Below are positions 63,600-64,000 of a stretch of DNA of 64,000 bases, in pieces. The stretch comes from the human T2T-CHM13v2.0 reference genome, Homo sapiens. The number at the start of each line of letters is the position of its first letter. Position 1 is the stretch's first letter. Location: NCBI RefSeq assembly GCF_009914755.1, contig NC_060934.1. The stretch is one strand, 5' to 3'. The notes under the pieces were generated by a model. The model did no database searches. It worked only from the letters and a program-made list of their open reading frames with translations, and had not been told where the DNA came from. The translations under genes and the position numbers were made by a program.

Positions 63600-64000
63600 T
63601 CTGCAAAGCAAGCTCTGCTATGGTAGGGCATCCTGTGTAATGATACCCAGCTAAAGTTACACATTAGTGATCACTGATAGTCTTTCTTTATATTTGTCCA
63701 TAAAAAAACGCTAAGTATGTCTCCTCTTAAAGCTATGAACAATTTGTAGTTTTCAAGAGCTATCAAGCTATGTAATCTTTTTTCATCTCCAATTAAATAG
63801 GTGTGTCCCAGAGCCATGCTACTCCACACTTTGCCTGCCTAGCACTGTGCTGGCTACATTGCTCAGTAAGTACCCACTGAAGGACAGTTCAATGACTGTG
63901 GTGTGGTGGCTAATGCCCAGTGAAGGATAGTGACCTCACTTTGAACCCTCACTAGCAGCTAACCTAGGAATTTGTGTCTCACCCATTCCAATTTCTGCAA

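Overview
Primate (most likely human) genomic DNA, rich in repeats. The first ~4.9 kb hold the last three coding exons and a ~3.2 kb 3' UTR of FHIP2A (FAM160B1) on the + strand, recognised from the spliced translation ending ...[26 protein letters not shown]. About 38 kb downstream (39622-~39970), an antisense MaLR-like LTR supplies a splice acceptor and stop codon, with poly(A) signals just beyond it. Together these fit an alternative last exon encoding the tail MQALPSWW*. A full-length processed RPL15 pseudogene with a 15-bp target-site duplication (TSD) lies at 40796-41531. The rest is ~30 Alus, L1/L2/MIR fragments, hAT DNA-transposon relics, many LTRs (including a nested ERVL/MER4/LTR10/Alu block) and simple repeats. 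Almost all ORFs in the supplied track come from Alus or low-complexity DNA. I see no convincing new biological system. The best leads are the FHIP2A C-terminal switch, a 43-bp collapsed LTR inside an Alu, a 52-bp templated insertion and several motif-dense LTR promoter/enhancer relics. Repeat subfamily names are from memory of consensus sequences and need RepeatMasker/Dfam confirmation; most repeat boundaries are approximate.
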